This document shows positions 26,549 to 42,439 of a stretch of 64,000 nt of DNA, in pieces. Location of the stretch: positions 83,452,001 through 83,516,000 of the forward strand of contig OZ024745.1 in assembly GCA_964016885.1 (NCBI GenBank). The letters run 5' to 3'. The DNA is from Eledone cirrhosa (taxonomy: Eukaryota). The notes under the pieces were generated by a model, which did not search any database, was not told where the DNA came from, and saw nothing but the letters and a program-made list of their open reading frames with translations. Position 1 is the first letter of the stretch; each line of letters begins with the position of its first letter. The position numbers were made by a program, and so were the translations under genes.

Positions 26549-27115
26549 ATTATTAACTATATCTGATCATCACCTAGTAACTGCAAGACTAAGATTGAAC
26601 TAGCGTGTAAACAAACGCTGAAAAAACAGGATCTATGTCTTAGAACAAATAATTTAATGATGGAAAAGTAAATATTACGAATTTAGTAGATGAAAAAACA
26701 GAATTGAAGCCTTGAAATATCTACAACATGATAAAAGTTCATTAAAAAAATGCCAAACTACAGATTCTATCTAAAACATGATAAAATCTCATAATAAAAG
26801 CTGTAAAAATTCATGCCTCAAAAAATGTGAAAGGGAAAACAAGGATACAATTGGAAAATAAGGATATGAAGAGAATAAGAAATACATTAAGAACGGCGTT
26901 CTATGTAAGATGAACTGTCATATAGGAGGTAAGAAAACTCTAAATTATGCTTACGTGCAAACGGGAAAAAATGATATGAAGGAGAAAACAGAAGACAGTA
27001 AAACCTCACTAATACAAAATGGGAAAATCGATTGTAACACCATTAACGATATCACAGAGAAAAGGCTCGGAGAATGCAAGATTAGAGTATACAATCCCAA
27101 AGAGCGTTTTCCTAA
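26549..27115 (+). pseudogene. Very old LINE remnant (end of APE domain and linker)
   Basis: TCTGATCATCACCTAGTAACTGCAAGACTAAGA translates as SDHHLVTARLR, the APE SDH motif. Confidence 0.45.
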
Positions 27116-27120
27116 ATGAA

Positions 27121-27207
<87 letters not shown>

Positions 27208-27208
<1 letters not shown>

Positions 27209-27415
27209 ATATTTAATATAGAAATGCCTTTTACAGGGAGAGAACTGTTTTATTCGAAGGAAATCACCAGAAAAGCCCAGGGCTATCCTGATGATTTCCT
27301 TCGAATGAAACAGTTCTAGTCCTGTAGAAGACAATTCTACATTAAATATTGTATATAATCTACCATGTATTGAGCACCTTACTTACTGTGGTTACCCTCC
27401 ATTGAACCCGGGATG
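27208..27415. mobile_element. Miniature foldback of HHR family C 3' ends
   Basis: Arms of ~70 bp around 27279. The right arm holds CTGATGA...GAAACAGTTCTAGTCCTGTA. Confidence 0.8.
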
Positions 27416-27499
27416 CACACACTCACACACTCACACACACACACATACATACATACATACATACATACATACATACATACATACATACATACATACGTA

Positions 27500-27954
27500 T
27501 CATCATCATCATCATTTTACGTCCGCTTTTCCCTGCTTGCTAGGGTGGGACGGGTTCTATTCAGCACAGCATCTCTCCACTTGTCACGATCCTTCATCAT
27601 CTCGGTGAGTTTCAGCGATCTGAGGTCTGCTCTCACCACCTCCGCCTATGATTTTCGTGGTCTACCTCTACTGCGTCTTCATTCTACTGGGGGTCTTGGC
27701 ACTTCTTTACCCAACAGTTATCCTCCATGCGCATCACATGTCCATACCATCTCAGTCTTCTCTCCTTCACACCACAACTTATCTCTCTTATACCCAGTAT
27801 CTTTCTCAACTCGTCTATGCTTGGTCGTTCGCGCACATTGACATTGCACATCGAACGGAGTATGCTTGCTTCATTTCTCTCCAGCCGTCGCATATCCTCT
27901 GCAGTTTCTGCCCATGTCTCAGCATCGCGCATCTCACACAAGCATCATATAACC

Positions 27955-27955
<1 letters not shown>
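27500..27955 (-). mobile_element. RTE-like LINE 3' fragment
   Basis: ERNEASILRSMC...RRLRWYGHVMRM..WVKKC, with a (GAT)n tail. Confidence 0.8.
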
Positions 27956-28045
<90 letters not shown>

Positions 28046-28048
<3 letters not shown>

Positions 28049-28420
28049 AACAGACCAGTGTCTGTCCTTAATGCATCAACATACGTTAACCTTGGTCTTC
28101 CACTTCCAGTGTGTCCATGTAGGGGCTCCCACAGTCGCACTCTGCGCAATGTCAACTCTGGATGTCGGTGAGCATGCCCAGCTAACCCAGTCTCCTCTGT
28201 GTCACTTTTGAGTTGACTTTTGGGAGGCTCCCATACAGCTATGAGTTTTTCATCCTCAGTGTATACTGATTAATGTTCAGAGCCATCCTCAGCATTCTCG
28301 TGTAGCACCCATCCCCCATCTGGTCTGTTGGAGACGCAGGGCATGGTAGCGATAATGAGGGACAGAGACCGCTGGAGAGAACTCGTCCATGGATCTCGGG
28401 AATTTTACCCGCCCTAGATA
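28046..28420. mobile_element. RTE-like LINE 3' fragment with a 5' inversion (same family as 58223-58660)
   Basis: 28320-28418 matches 58560-58658 directly. 28046-28315 is the reverse complement of the upstream part. Confidence 0.82.
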
Positions 28421-28422
28421 TA

Positions 28423-28469
<47 letters not shown>

Positions 28470-28856
28470 CCTATATATATATATATATCATATTTATATA
28501 TATATATTATGCAAGAGCTGTTTCCAGACATGTGAACAACGTACGAATATTTCGTTTCTTGTATTTACGCAATCACTATTGCGTAATCTTCTAAAGCGAT
28601 TGCCTAAATTAAAGAAATGGAATCTTCTCACGTTGTCCACATATCTGGAAACACCTCTTGCATAACTCCAAATCTCCGGATTGAATAACAACAACATTCT
28701 AATTTTCTAATCAACTCGAACATCTTTTCCGTACTTTCGCAGTTATCTCCCTTACACCTTTCGACCGTGGTTTTGTATCGGTGGGTGAATTGACCGTTTC
28801 TGCGCATGCGCATTGATACGGTTGTTCTTCCAGTTTCGTATAACTATGACCAGTCC

Positions 28857-28893
28857 GAGCTGAATATCTGCATAAGGTGAAACAATTGTTCTC
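28857..28893 (+). ncRNA. Degenerate hammerhead (G8 to U) inside a ~480-bp non-coding island
   Basis: GAG-CTGAATA-TCTGCATAAGGT-GAAA-CAATTG-TT-CTC, with the palindrome ACAATTGT. Confidence 0.5.
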
Positions 28894-29025
28894 TGTATGG
28901 TGAACTAACTGTTGTGTTACTACCTCTACCAACCGCGTCACATGGACTGAGTGCTCTACCACTACGGGTATTACCTTCCAGTGTTCTAACCCCCCCCCCC
29001 CTCTCTCTTTCTCTCTCTCTCTCAC

Positions 29026-29084
<59 letters not shown>

Positions 29085-29111
29085 ATATGATATATATTGA
29101 TTATACGTAGG

Positions 29112-29158
<47 letters not shown>

Positions 29159-29264
29159 GAAGTAATTCCGTCGGAAAACTCCAGGAAAAAAGAGTGCTCT
29201 ATGTAGGTAACAGAGCTTAATAGTTATGTAATAAACAACATAGGGCAATTATTTCATTTACCAG

Positions 29265-29313
29265 TGGTTTCTTAAAAGCAAAAAAATTTTGCTTTCAATC
29301 ATCAGAATGAAAC
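29265..29313 (-). ncRNA. Ultra-minimal hammerhead-like motif in the pLTR (mutated sister copy at ~29820-29866, +)
   Basis: GTTTCATT-CTGATGA-TT-GAAA-GCAAAATTTTTTTTGC-TT-TTAAGAAAC; stem II is absent. Confidence 0.5.
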
Positions 29314-29636
29314 AATCCTGGCGTATTTATTGACGTTGGATTTTAAAAAACAAAAATGCAATATATATGAAAGTGAATATATATTTTTTTATTTATTATT
29401 TTTTGTATTCCCAACTTTTTATTTTCATTATTATTTTTATTTTTATATATACAATATTTTTTTATATATACAATATTTATATATATATATATGTGTGTGT
29501 GTGGTTGTATATATGTATGTGTATGATATGGATATGTTGATATTTATGTGTGTATGTATGTGTATATGTATGTGTATGTATATATATACACATATATATG
29601 TGTGTGTGTGTATATGTGTGTGTGTATGTATGTGTG

Positions 29637-29679
<43 letters not shown>

Positions 29680-32414
29680 ATAATTGTGAGTGTGTGTGTG
29701 TGTGTTTGCATGTGTGTTTTTATTTTATTTTTCCTTTCCTTCTTCTTTTTCCAGCCTCACTTTCATATAGATTGCATTTTTGTTTTTTAAAATCCAACGT
29801 CAATAAATACGCCAGGATTTTTTCATCTGATGATTAAAAGCAAAATGTTTTTGCTTTAAAGAAACCACTGGTAAATGAAATAATTGCCTGATGTTGCTTA
29901 TTACATAACTATTAAGCTCTGTTACCTACATAGAGCACTCTTTTTTCCTGGACTTTTGCGACGGAATTACTTCATTTATACAGCTCCAACCAGGATTGAT
30001 TGAAGCATATTCTATATTACATATACGATTGGCACTTTCCAGCCCGATTAGTTGAGCACTCTACAGTTTTCAGGAATTTAACGAACATACACCATGTACC
30101 TTTATGAATTGGATTATTCAATCAAAAATATACCTACTCCTTCCAACACAACTTATACCAAAATGCTTATAGATAAAATCGAACAAGTCGTTAAAAGAAT
30201 TAGATGGAAGGCAATGGTTTACGATGGACTATTCAGTGCTGATACTAATGATTGTTTTGACATAAAATCCCGTAAATATCCACCTAGAATTAAAGACATG
30301 GCCAACTTAGAATTAGACCTTGTTAATTTAATTAGTGATATCAAATTTCGTAAGTACAATAATAATTTTCAAACTAAATTGCTAACGATATTTCTAATTT
30401 TAAAAATTCTACAAACACCTTTGTTCTTTCTGATAAAACTAAAAATCTCTTTGAAGTTAATAGTATTTTGTATACCAACTTTTAACTAATAGTATCACCA
30501 ACAAATATCAATTAACTAATAATAATACCTACAATACTATTAATAAAGAAGCTAAAGAACTAGCTAGTTCTTTAAAAATAGACAACCGGATTGAAAGCCT
30601 AGCTAAGCGTAAAGATTATATTACCCTTAAAGACCATACATTAGACTTTAATAATCGACCTAGTTGTAGACTGATTAACCCGGCTAAATCCGAAGTTGGC
30701 CTTGCAAGTAAAAAAATCTTAAGAAAAATAATTCTCCAAATTAGAACTAAGACTGACCTATCACAGTTGCTAAATACTTCCTCTTTTATTTCTTGGTTTA
30801 ATAATATACAAGGTAAAAATAAGTGTAGATTTACCCTATTTGATATTGTTGATTTTTACCCCTCTATTACTGTTTCCTTATTAACTAATGCCTTAGAGTT
30901 TGCAAGACCCTTCATTAATATTTCTAAATTAGAAGAAGACATTATCTTTCATGCTAGAAAAACTTTACTCTTTACTAATGAAAATATTTGGGTTAAAAAG
31001 TCAAACCCTGAACACTCTTTTCATGTTGCAATGGGTTCATATGACAGTGCGGGTGTGTGTGACTTAGTAGGATTATTCCTTCTCCACACCCTCAGAGAGA
31101 AATTTTCTTCCCATAATATCGGTTTATACCGTGATGACGGATTGGCAGTTTCTCATACCACCAACGGCCATAACCTTGATAAATTCCGTAAAGATTTAAT
31201 CAATACTTTTGCTAATCTTAACCTTAAAAGTACTTACCAATGCTAACTTTCTTGACATTAATCTTGATCTACTTACCGCCTCTTTTAAACCTTATCATAA
31301 ACCTAATACCTTATGTATATACACAAAAGTCTTGCCATCCCCCTATAGTTTTTAAAAATCTTATTCCCAACATTAGCCGTAGGATTTCTACCTTATCTTC
31401 GTCTATAGACATTTTTAATAAAGCCGCCCCTTATTATAATAAAGCCCTTAAAAACAGCGGTTTTACAGAACAAATTTATTATTTACCTACTCGCCCCCTA
31501 AAACTAACCACAATAATAGGAAAAGGAAAATTATTTGGTTTACACCCCCCACCCCTTCTCTCTAACTGTCAAAACTAATGTAGGAAGGAAATTCCTTGAA
31601 CTCTTAGATAAACATTTTCCTCCTAATCATAGATATTATAAGATATTTAATAGAAATGTAGTTAAGATCAGTTACTCATGTTGCCCATCAATGAAGTCCA
31701 AGATCACTAATTCAAATCATACGAGAACAAATCCAGGATGCAGTTGCAGGAAGCCGGATGAATGCCCATTGCAGGGCAAATGTAACACCAAATCTGTTGT
31801 TTATGAGGCTAAAGTGACACCTTTAATCAACAACCAGCCAGACAGGAGTGAGCGATATGTTGGCATGACCCAGGACAGGTTAAAAACCAAGTTTTATGAA
31901 CATGTCGCTTCTTTTAAGCACTCCGATAAACGAAGAACAACGGCCCTCGCAAGTCAGGTGTGGGAATTCAAGGATAAAAACATCCCGTACTCTATCGATT
32001 GGTCTATTTTAGACCATTCGAGGGAGTACCAAAGGGGCACAAAGAATTGTTCTTTGTGTTCCACAGAAAAATATAGGATTTTGCTAAACATGAAAGCCAC
32101 TTCTGCTTGACTGAACTCAAAGACCGAGATCTTCAGATGTTGTCCTCATCTGAAATCACATCTGATCTGTAACTGGATTGACATTCCTATGATAACTCAA
32201 CCACCTTGAACTCCTTCCCTGCTCTTTACTTCCACTACGGTTTTTTTACCTGCTGAATCCACGTTCTGTACTCTTGTATTCTCTTTCTCCCCTTTCTCCC
32301 CTTATATTTAAACCTTTTCCTATGTCATTTATTTCCCCCTCTTCCCCCCCCCCTATTTTTTTGCCTTACCCTTCACATACCAAAATTTTTTTTATTTTTA
32401 GATATTAATTTTTT

Positions 32415-35602
<3,188 letters not shown>

Positions 35603-35605
<3 letters not shown>

Positions 35606-36107
35606 ATTGAGGTTGGTAATGGCACATGGAATATATAAGAGACAGAATACTTTTTTGTGAAAAAACATAATTTTATAAGGTAAGGAAATAATAAAGGGTA
35701 TAAAAAATGACCGGTTTCGATGGGTCTGCAAAAGCCATCTTTTCAAATGTTGATTAATATTAAGAAAAAATAATAATACGAAGAGTTAAAATTTGAGACT
35801 TGAAAATTCAAGTATAAAATTCATTGTGGGATTTCATAGCAGTTTTCATCTAGGTAGCAACAACATGTTGACTGCTGTGTCCCTTTCTGGTAGTGAATGA
35901 GAAGTTATTTGGGGTGTGGGTTATTTTATAAAGGTTAGATTTAGCAATCACCAGCTGGCCAGCTGCTGGTCAGTGAGTGGGTGGAAGCAATATACATACA
36001 CATATCTTCTTGTGGTGGGTAGGAGAGTGGAGCGTGATAGTAAGGGATTTAGTGCACTTACACCTATATATACACACATACCTTCATCCACACATACATA
36101 CATATAC

Positions 36108-36152
<45 letters not shown>

Positions 36153-36227
36153 CACACATACATACACACACACATACATATACATACACACATACACACA
36201 CACACATATATACACATACACACACAC

Positions 36228-36258
<31 letters not shown>

Positions 36259-36325
36259 TATATATACATACACATACATCCAGATACACACATACATACA
36301 CACACACACACATATATATATACAC

Positions 36326-36369
<44 letters not shown>

Positions 36370-39300
36370 CCACACATACATACACACACACACACACGCA
36401 CACACAATACATACATCCACATGCACACACATACACACACACACACATATACACATACATACACCCACACACAGAGAAATGGCCTTCAAATATATATATA
36501 TATATATACATACTGACACATATATTTTTTCCATAATATAAGAAGTTGGGGCAGTGAAATTAAAATACAAGTCATTCTGATCACATTGAGTTCTTCATGT
36601 AGATTGGGCCCCGCAACCGACAGTGGTGAATTCTGTGTGCGCATATATATATAGATATATGTGTGTGCACGTGCAGGGTTTAAAATGGATGTGTTGGTCA
36701 CACAAAGGCATGGTCTGTCAATGGATAAACCTGATTCTACAGAATTGGTCTCTGGTCTTTAATAGTAGTGATTCCGTGCGTATGTGTGTTTATATTTTAT
36801 GACAATTCTATTGGCGTGATAACCCGTTTAGTTTTGGTTTAAATTTGTTAAGGAATAGATTTTCTTTGTTTATTCTTTGTTGCTCTGTGAACGAATCTGA
36901 GCACTTGTAGAAGGGGAAGATTTTAAAGTTGGGTAGTGTCATTCCTGCGCAGTTCGCAATATGGCTGCTCAAGGGGATTTTTCTTGTGTTAGCGTCCCGG
37001 ATTTGTTGGCGGTGGATGGTCATTCTTTTGCGTAATGAGGTGCCCGTCTGTCCTATGTAGTTGTGTTGGCACCCACCGCAAGTTATTGCGTAAATCAAGT
37101 TCTCCGAGTTGCAGGTGAAATTGTTTTTTACTGTAAATGTTTGGCCATCTTTGAATGTAAATGTTTGTCCTTCAGTGAGGTAGAGGCACGTTCCACAGTT
37201 TGTTCTACCACATTTGGTAACTGTAGGGTTGAGGATTGGTTTGGGTATATTTGGTCAAGTGAGAATGCGTTTAAGTGATTTGGGTTGTCTTTTACTTTTA
37301 AGGATCTTGTGTGTTTCAAGAATAGACTTCATTTTTGCATCTTTAAGTAGGATGGGGAGGTTTTTGTGTAGGTGATCAAACATTTCGGTATTTCTGGGGT
37401 TGAAAGTGGATACATATGGCAGGGTGTTGAGTGTGGTTTTCTGTTTTGGATTGTTAAGTTGATGGGGATTTAGGTGTTTTGCCCTGTCTATTCCATTGTA
37501 GATTATTTCAAGTGGAAAGGCTCTTAAGATAAGGGTGTCTTTTAGTTCCTTTAGTCTTTGCTCCCGTTTAGGTGGATCTGATACTATGGTACATATACGT
37601 TTGGCCAAATTGTAAGGAATGTTAAGTTTTGTATGTTTTGGGTGACTTGATGTGAAAAAGAGGTATTGCTTGGAATCTGTGGGTTTATAGAATATATCTG
37701 TATCTAATTTCCCGTCTATTACAGAGATGAGAATATCCAAGAAGGCTAATTCCTTAGGATTGGATTCCATTGTGAATTGTATGTTATTATCTATGTTGTT
37801 TATCATGTTTTAAACGTAGTAAGTGAGTTCATGTCTTCTTGCCATAGGATAAAGCAGTCGTGTAGATATCTTTTCCAATTGGCTTTGAGGTGTGTGTGGA
37901 AAGAGTCTCCAAATAAGAGAAGGGACTGACTGTATATTTGTTGTTCATGGAATCCCATGACTAGGTTGGCATATGTGGGTGCTACTTTCGTGCCCATTGC
38001 CGTACCTGATACTTGTCTGTATGTTGAACCATTGAATGTGAAGTAGTTATTTTGTAGGATAAAGCGGAGTCCGTCAGTGATAAAATCTGTGTTGATGCGT
38101 GTCGGTATTTCTGATGGGTGTGTGTTAAGCCAGTATTGGACTGCTGTTATTCCATAGTTGTGAGGTATGTTTGTGTAGAGGTTTATTACGTCAAAGGAGA
38201 CAAGAATTGTATTTGCACTTACTGTTTTAGGGAGGTGTTTCAGCATGTCAAGGTCATCTCGTATGTAGCTCTGTATATGTTGTAGAAAGGGTTTCAGTAG
38301 GATGTCCAGAAAGTTGCTAAGTCTGTGGGTTTCACATGTAGGGCCTGCTATAATTGGCCTGAGTTTTAGGTCTTCTGGTGGTGTTAGTTCAATGTAATTG
38401 TTGGTTGAGGTGTCACATACATCGTTTATGGGTTTACATTTGTGAAGTTTCGGTAAGCCGTAAAAAGAGCTTGTATTGCATTTGAAGTGGCTTATATAGT
38501 TAAACTCTTTTGTGGTTAAGCTGTTGCGGTATTTATTCAGTAAGGTCAAAAGGTTCCCCATTGTTTTGGTGTGTTTGTAGTTTTCTGTTTTTTCATAGAA
38601 TGTGTTGTTTTCTAAAATGTTAAGTGCGAGGGTCCTATAGTAGTCCGTATTCATAATGACAACAGTACTGCCTTTATCGGCTTCTTTGATAGTTATCTCA
38701 GGGTTGTTTCTAAGTGTGAATAATTCTTCCCATTCGTGTGTAGATAGGTTTGATTTCGTGTGTTTATTTGTAATTTTTTCATAGGGAAAGTTGGTGATGT
38801 GTTCGCAGTACGTGTCCAGTGCTTTATTTCTTCCCTTTTGTGGGCAGAAATTGCTTTTATTTCTAACCAGTAATTCGTCTTCAGTGTTGGTGTCGTTGTG
38901 GAAGAATTCCGTTAGTCGCAGCTTTATAAAATAACCCACACCCCAAATAACTTCTCATTCACTACCAGAAAGGGACACAGCAGTCAACCTGTTGTTGCTA
39001 CCTAGATGAAAACTGCTATGAAATTGCTTTTATTTCTAACCAGTGATTCGTCTTCAGTGTTGGTGTCGTTGTGGAAGAATTCCGTTAGTCGCAGTTTTAT
39101 GAAATAACCCACACCCCAAATAACTTCTCATTCACTACCAGAAAGGGACACAGCAGTCAACCTGTTGTTGCTACCTAGATGAAAACTGCTATGAAATCCC
39201 ACAATGAATTTTATACTTGAATTTTCAAGTCTCAAATTTTAACTCTTCGTATTATTAAGTTTTCTTAATATTAATCAACATTTGAAAAGATGGCTTTTGC

Positions 39301-39450
39301 AGACCCATCGAAACCGGTCATTTTTTATACCCTTTATTATTTCCTTACCTTATAAAATTATGTTTTTTCACAAAAAAGTATTCTGTCTCTTATATATTCC
39401 ATGTGCCATTACCAACCTCAATTTTCTCTATAACCTTCGTTTTGTGTAGA
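35603..39450 (-). mobile_element. Neptune-type Penelope-like element with an inverted copy of its 3' end at the 5' side
   Basis: RT 37803-38924 (IKEADKGS, FYGLPKLHK, FDVINLYTNI, AMGTKVAP), thumb, and GIY-YIG IYAITC..C..NYIGQT. 35603-35930 is the reverse complement of 39097-39425. Confidence 0.92.
39277..39324 (+). ncRNA. Hammerhead with a U3-A8 core variant (identical copy at 35704-35751, -)
   Basis: AACAT-TTGAAAA-GATGG(loop)CCATC-GAAA-CCGG-TC-ATTTT, with the palindrome ACCGGT. Confidence 0.62.
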
Positions 39451-39460
39451 AAATTACACT

Positions 39461-39539
<79 letters not shown>

Positions 39540-39552
<13 letters not shown>

Positions 39553-39587
39553 GTGTGTGTGTGTGTTTGTATGTGTATATATTTGTT

Positions 39588-39640
<53 letters not shown>

Positions 39641-39850
39641 GTATATATATATATATGTATATATATGTGAATGTATGTATATATGTATATGTATGTATAT
39701 ATGTGTGTATGTGTCTGTGTGTATGTGTGTGTATTTGTATATATGTGTGTGTATGTGTTTTTTATATATATATATATGTGTGTGTATGTGTATATGTATA
39801 TATGTGTATATATGTATATGTATGTGTGTGTATATATATATGTATGTATG

Positions 39851-39887
<37 letters not shown>

Positions 39888-40054
39888 GTGTATATGTGTA
39901 TATCTGTGTATATATGTGTATATATATCTATATGTATTTGTGTGTATATGTATACACATGTATATTTGTGTTTGTATGTATGTGTGTGAGTGTATTTATA
40001 TGTGTATATATGTGTGTGTGTGTATATATGTGTATGTGTGTGTGTATGTATATA

Positions 40055-40121
<67 letters not shown>

Positions 40122-40771
40122 GTATGTATGTGTGTATGTATATGTATGTATATGAATATATTTTTATATATGTGTGTGTGTTTTTATGTGTGTATATGTG
40201 TTTGTGTGTGTGTTTATGGTTGCGCGTAAGTGTGTGAGTGAGTATGTTTTTTTGTGAATGTGTCTGTTGATTTTTGGCATACAGTTGATTAGTTTAAGAG
40301 AAGTTCGAAGATAATTGTAAGATATGCACTCAGTATTTTGAATCTGTCTACAGAATTCTCTAGACCTTTGTCACTTAGTAGAACCTTAATGAATTTAGCT
40401 TTTAAAGAATCTCCCTTTTCTTTAATTCTATCGACCATGACTGACCCCCCACTGATTTTATAGACATCTGTTAGCTTAAGAGAATCTTAATGACAAGGAA
40501 TGGTATGCCATCCGGAACCTGTTTATAGAATACTGTATGCCCTTGTTACTCTAAAAACATAAATAAATAAAAATAAACTATAGCTTTGTAGAATTAGCTT
40601 TTAATGAATTCCCTTTTCTATCAACCAATGACCTACACCCATCCTACTCCCCACCCTCACCTACCACTTGTAGAGACCTATAAATACCATTTTTATTTTT
40701 TGATACCCAGATTCCTGATGATTTCTAATGAATGAAACAGTTCTAGTCCTGTAGAATCTCTTCTATATTAA

Positions 40772-40776
<5 letters not shown>
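39540..40776 (+). mobile_element. HHR family C: microsatellite mosaic plus ~520-bp unique 3' end, no ORF
   Basis: 40250-40776 is nearly identical to 57505-58040 and to the reverse complement of 52288-52825. Confidence 0.85.
40709..40759 (+). ncRNA. Type I hammerhead ribozyme, family C
   Basis: AGATTC-CTGATGA-T[TTC TAAT GAA]T-GAAA-CAG TTCTAGTC CTG-TA-GAATCT. Confidence 0.85.
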
Positions 40777-40843
<67 letters not shown>

Positions 40844-42439
40844 TATATATGTATATATATATATCGTTATAAAAGTGAAAACTGTTTGTATGTTGACTAC
40901 TAATAACACTAGATACAATTGATAATGATTAAAGATTCTCTGTTTTCAATTAATCCTACCTCCATCAAACTAACTGTTGACCTAACCTCTGCAAATGGAA
41001 TAGGGGCGATTTAAGGAAGAATGTACTGCTATTTCTAGCTCATTTATACGGTCTGGTCGTCTCTCATGCTATCTCTAAAACAAAAGTGAAATACCACTCA
41101 CCTTGCATTTAATGCAACTCCCTCGCTCTCTAACTAACTAACTAAAACTCTTCTACTTTTTATTTCGCTTGACGTTTGCCTGTCTGACATCGGAATCACT
41201 CTCTCACTTCCCCTCTCACCCTCACTACCTATTTTCTATATATCTGCATGTGTCTTTCTGTGTGTGTATATATACCGGGTGCCGGCTAGTACCTGCCAGA
41301 AGGACATCGCGAAAAGGGAGATAGTAACGATGCAATAAGTGTGTGAATCTCAGAGGGAATATGTTGAATAAATTCATATTTAACTGATCCGCCTCTGGAA
41401 AATTTACTTTTGATGTTTAATTCTGCAAAAGCGCTATACATATTTCAATGGCGCAGCTAGGTATTGTTCGCGGAATTATATAACAGGATTACGTTGAACC
41501 CAAACAAATAGAGAAATAATTAAAAAAAGGATCAATTCGGGGACAGCCTCCCAATTCAGTGTTATATTTCCGAATATATATATAGAACCTACACACTACC
41601 CAGTGTAAGTATTACCCCACTCTATCATGCCACATGGGGAGCTAATACTTTGCAGCCTGAAACCAGGTGGTCAATGGTCTCAACATCCTCATCACAGAAT
41701 TAATAATTTCAGTTAAACATAGGTCTTAAGCCCAGAACTCTGCAGCCACTGATGGGTGAGATTTTGATCTACATCAGTTTCTCTGCTATGGAGAACATAC
41801 TGACCATGCGGTCATTTTGCTTCCATTTCAATCACTGTTGATCTTAATATTTTGCCAACATGTTGACGTCCTTCGCGGCTTTAATTGCAGAATCCCCATC
41901 ATTTTCAAAACTGTATACCCAATTCTTTCGCAAATTTCCTGCTGTGCTTTGTCACTGAATGTAACCTCTTCTTCGCTGTTAATGTTATTCTGACGTAGGA
42001 GGAAACAAAAACAAAATCCAGCTATACACACACACTCACACGCACCCAGTCGCGTACAATTCTTGTTTATTTTGCTGATTGGATCATTATAATTATGGTT
42101 GATGGTAATAATAATAATAATTGTTATTGTTGCTGTTATTGTTAATATTATTTGGCTGTAACTGGAAACAGTAAAAAAAAATTCCTGTAATTTGAATTTT
42201 AGGGACTGGCACAAGAACAATACCAACTGCCTTTGACTATTGAATATAGCAGGCGTGAATTGCTACTCTCCATATTCATTCACGTTTTTATTCGCGAAAG
42301 AACATACTTGTTTTTCTATCAACATCTTAAAAGAAAATAACCTAAATGTAGATGAAAATTTGGCAGAAAAAGAAAGGGAGAGGAAAAGGAGGGGAAAAGC
42401 AAGGATTCTAGGACCACAGAAAAAAAGAGGCGGAAGAGG

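Noticed and set aside
41828-42226. 132-aa minus-strand ORF
   Set aside because: Partly low-complexity, with no recognisable domain or splice support.
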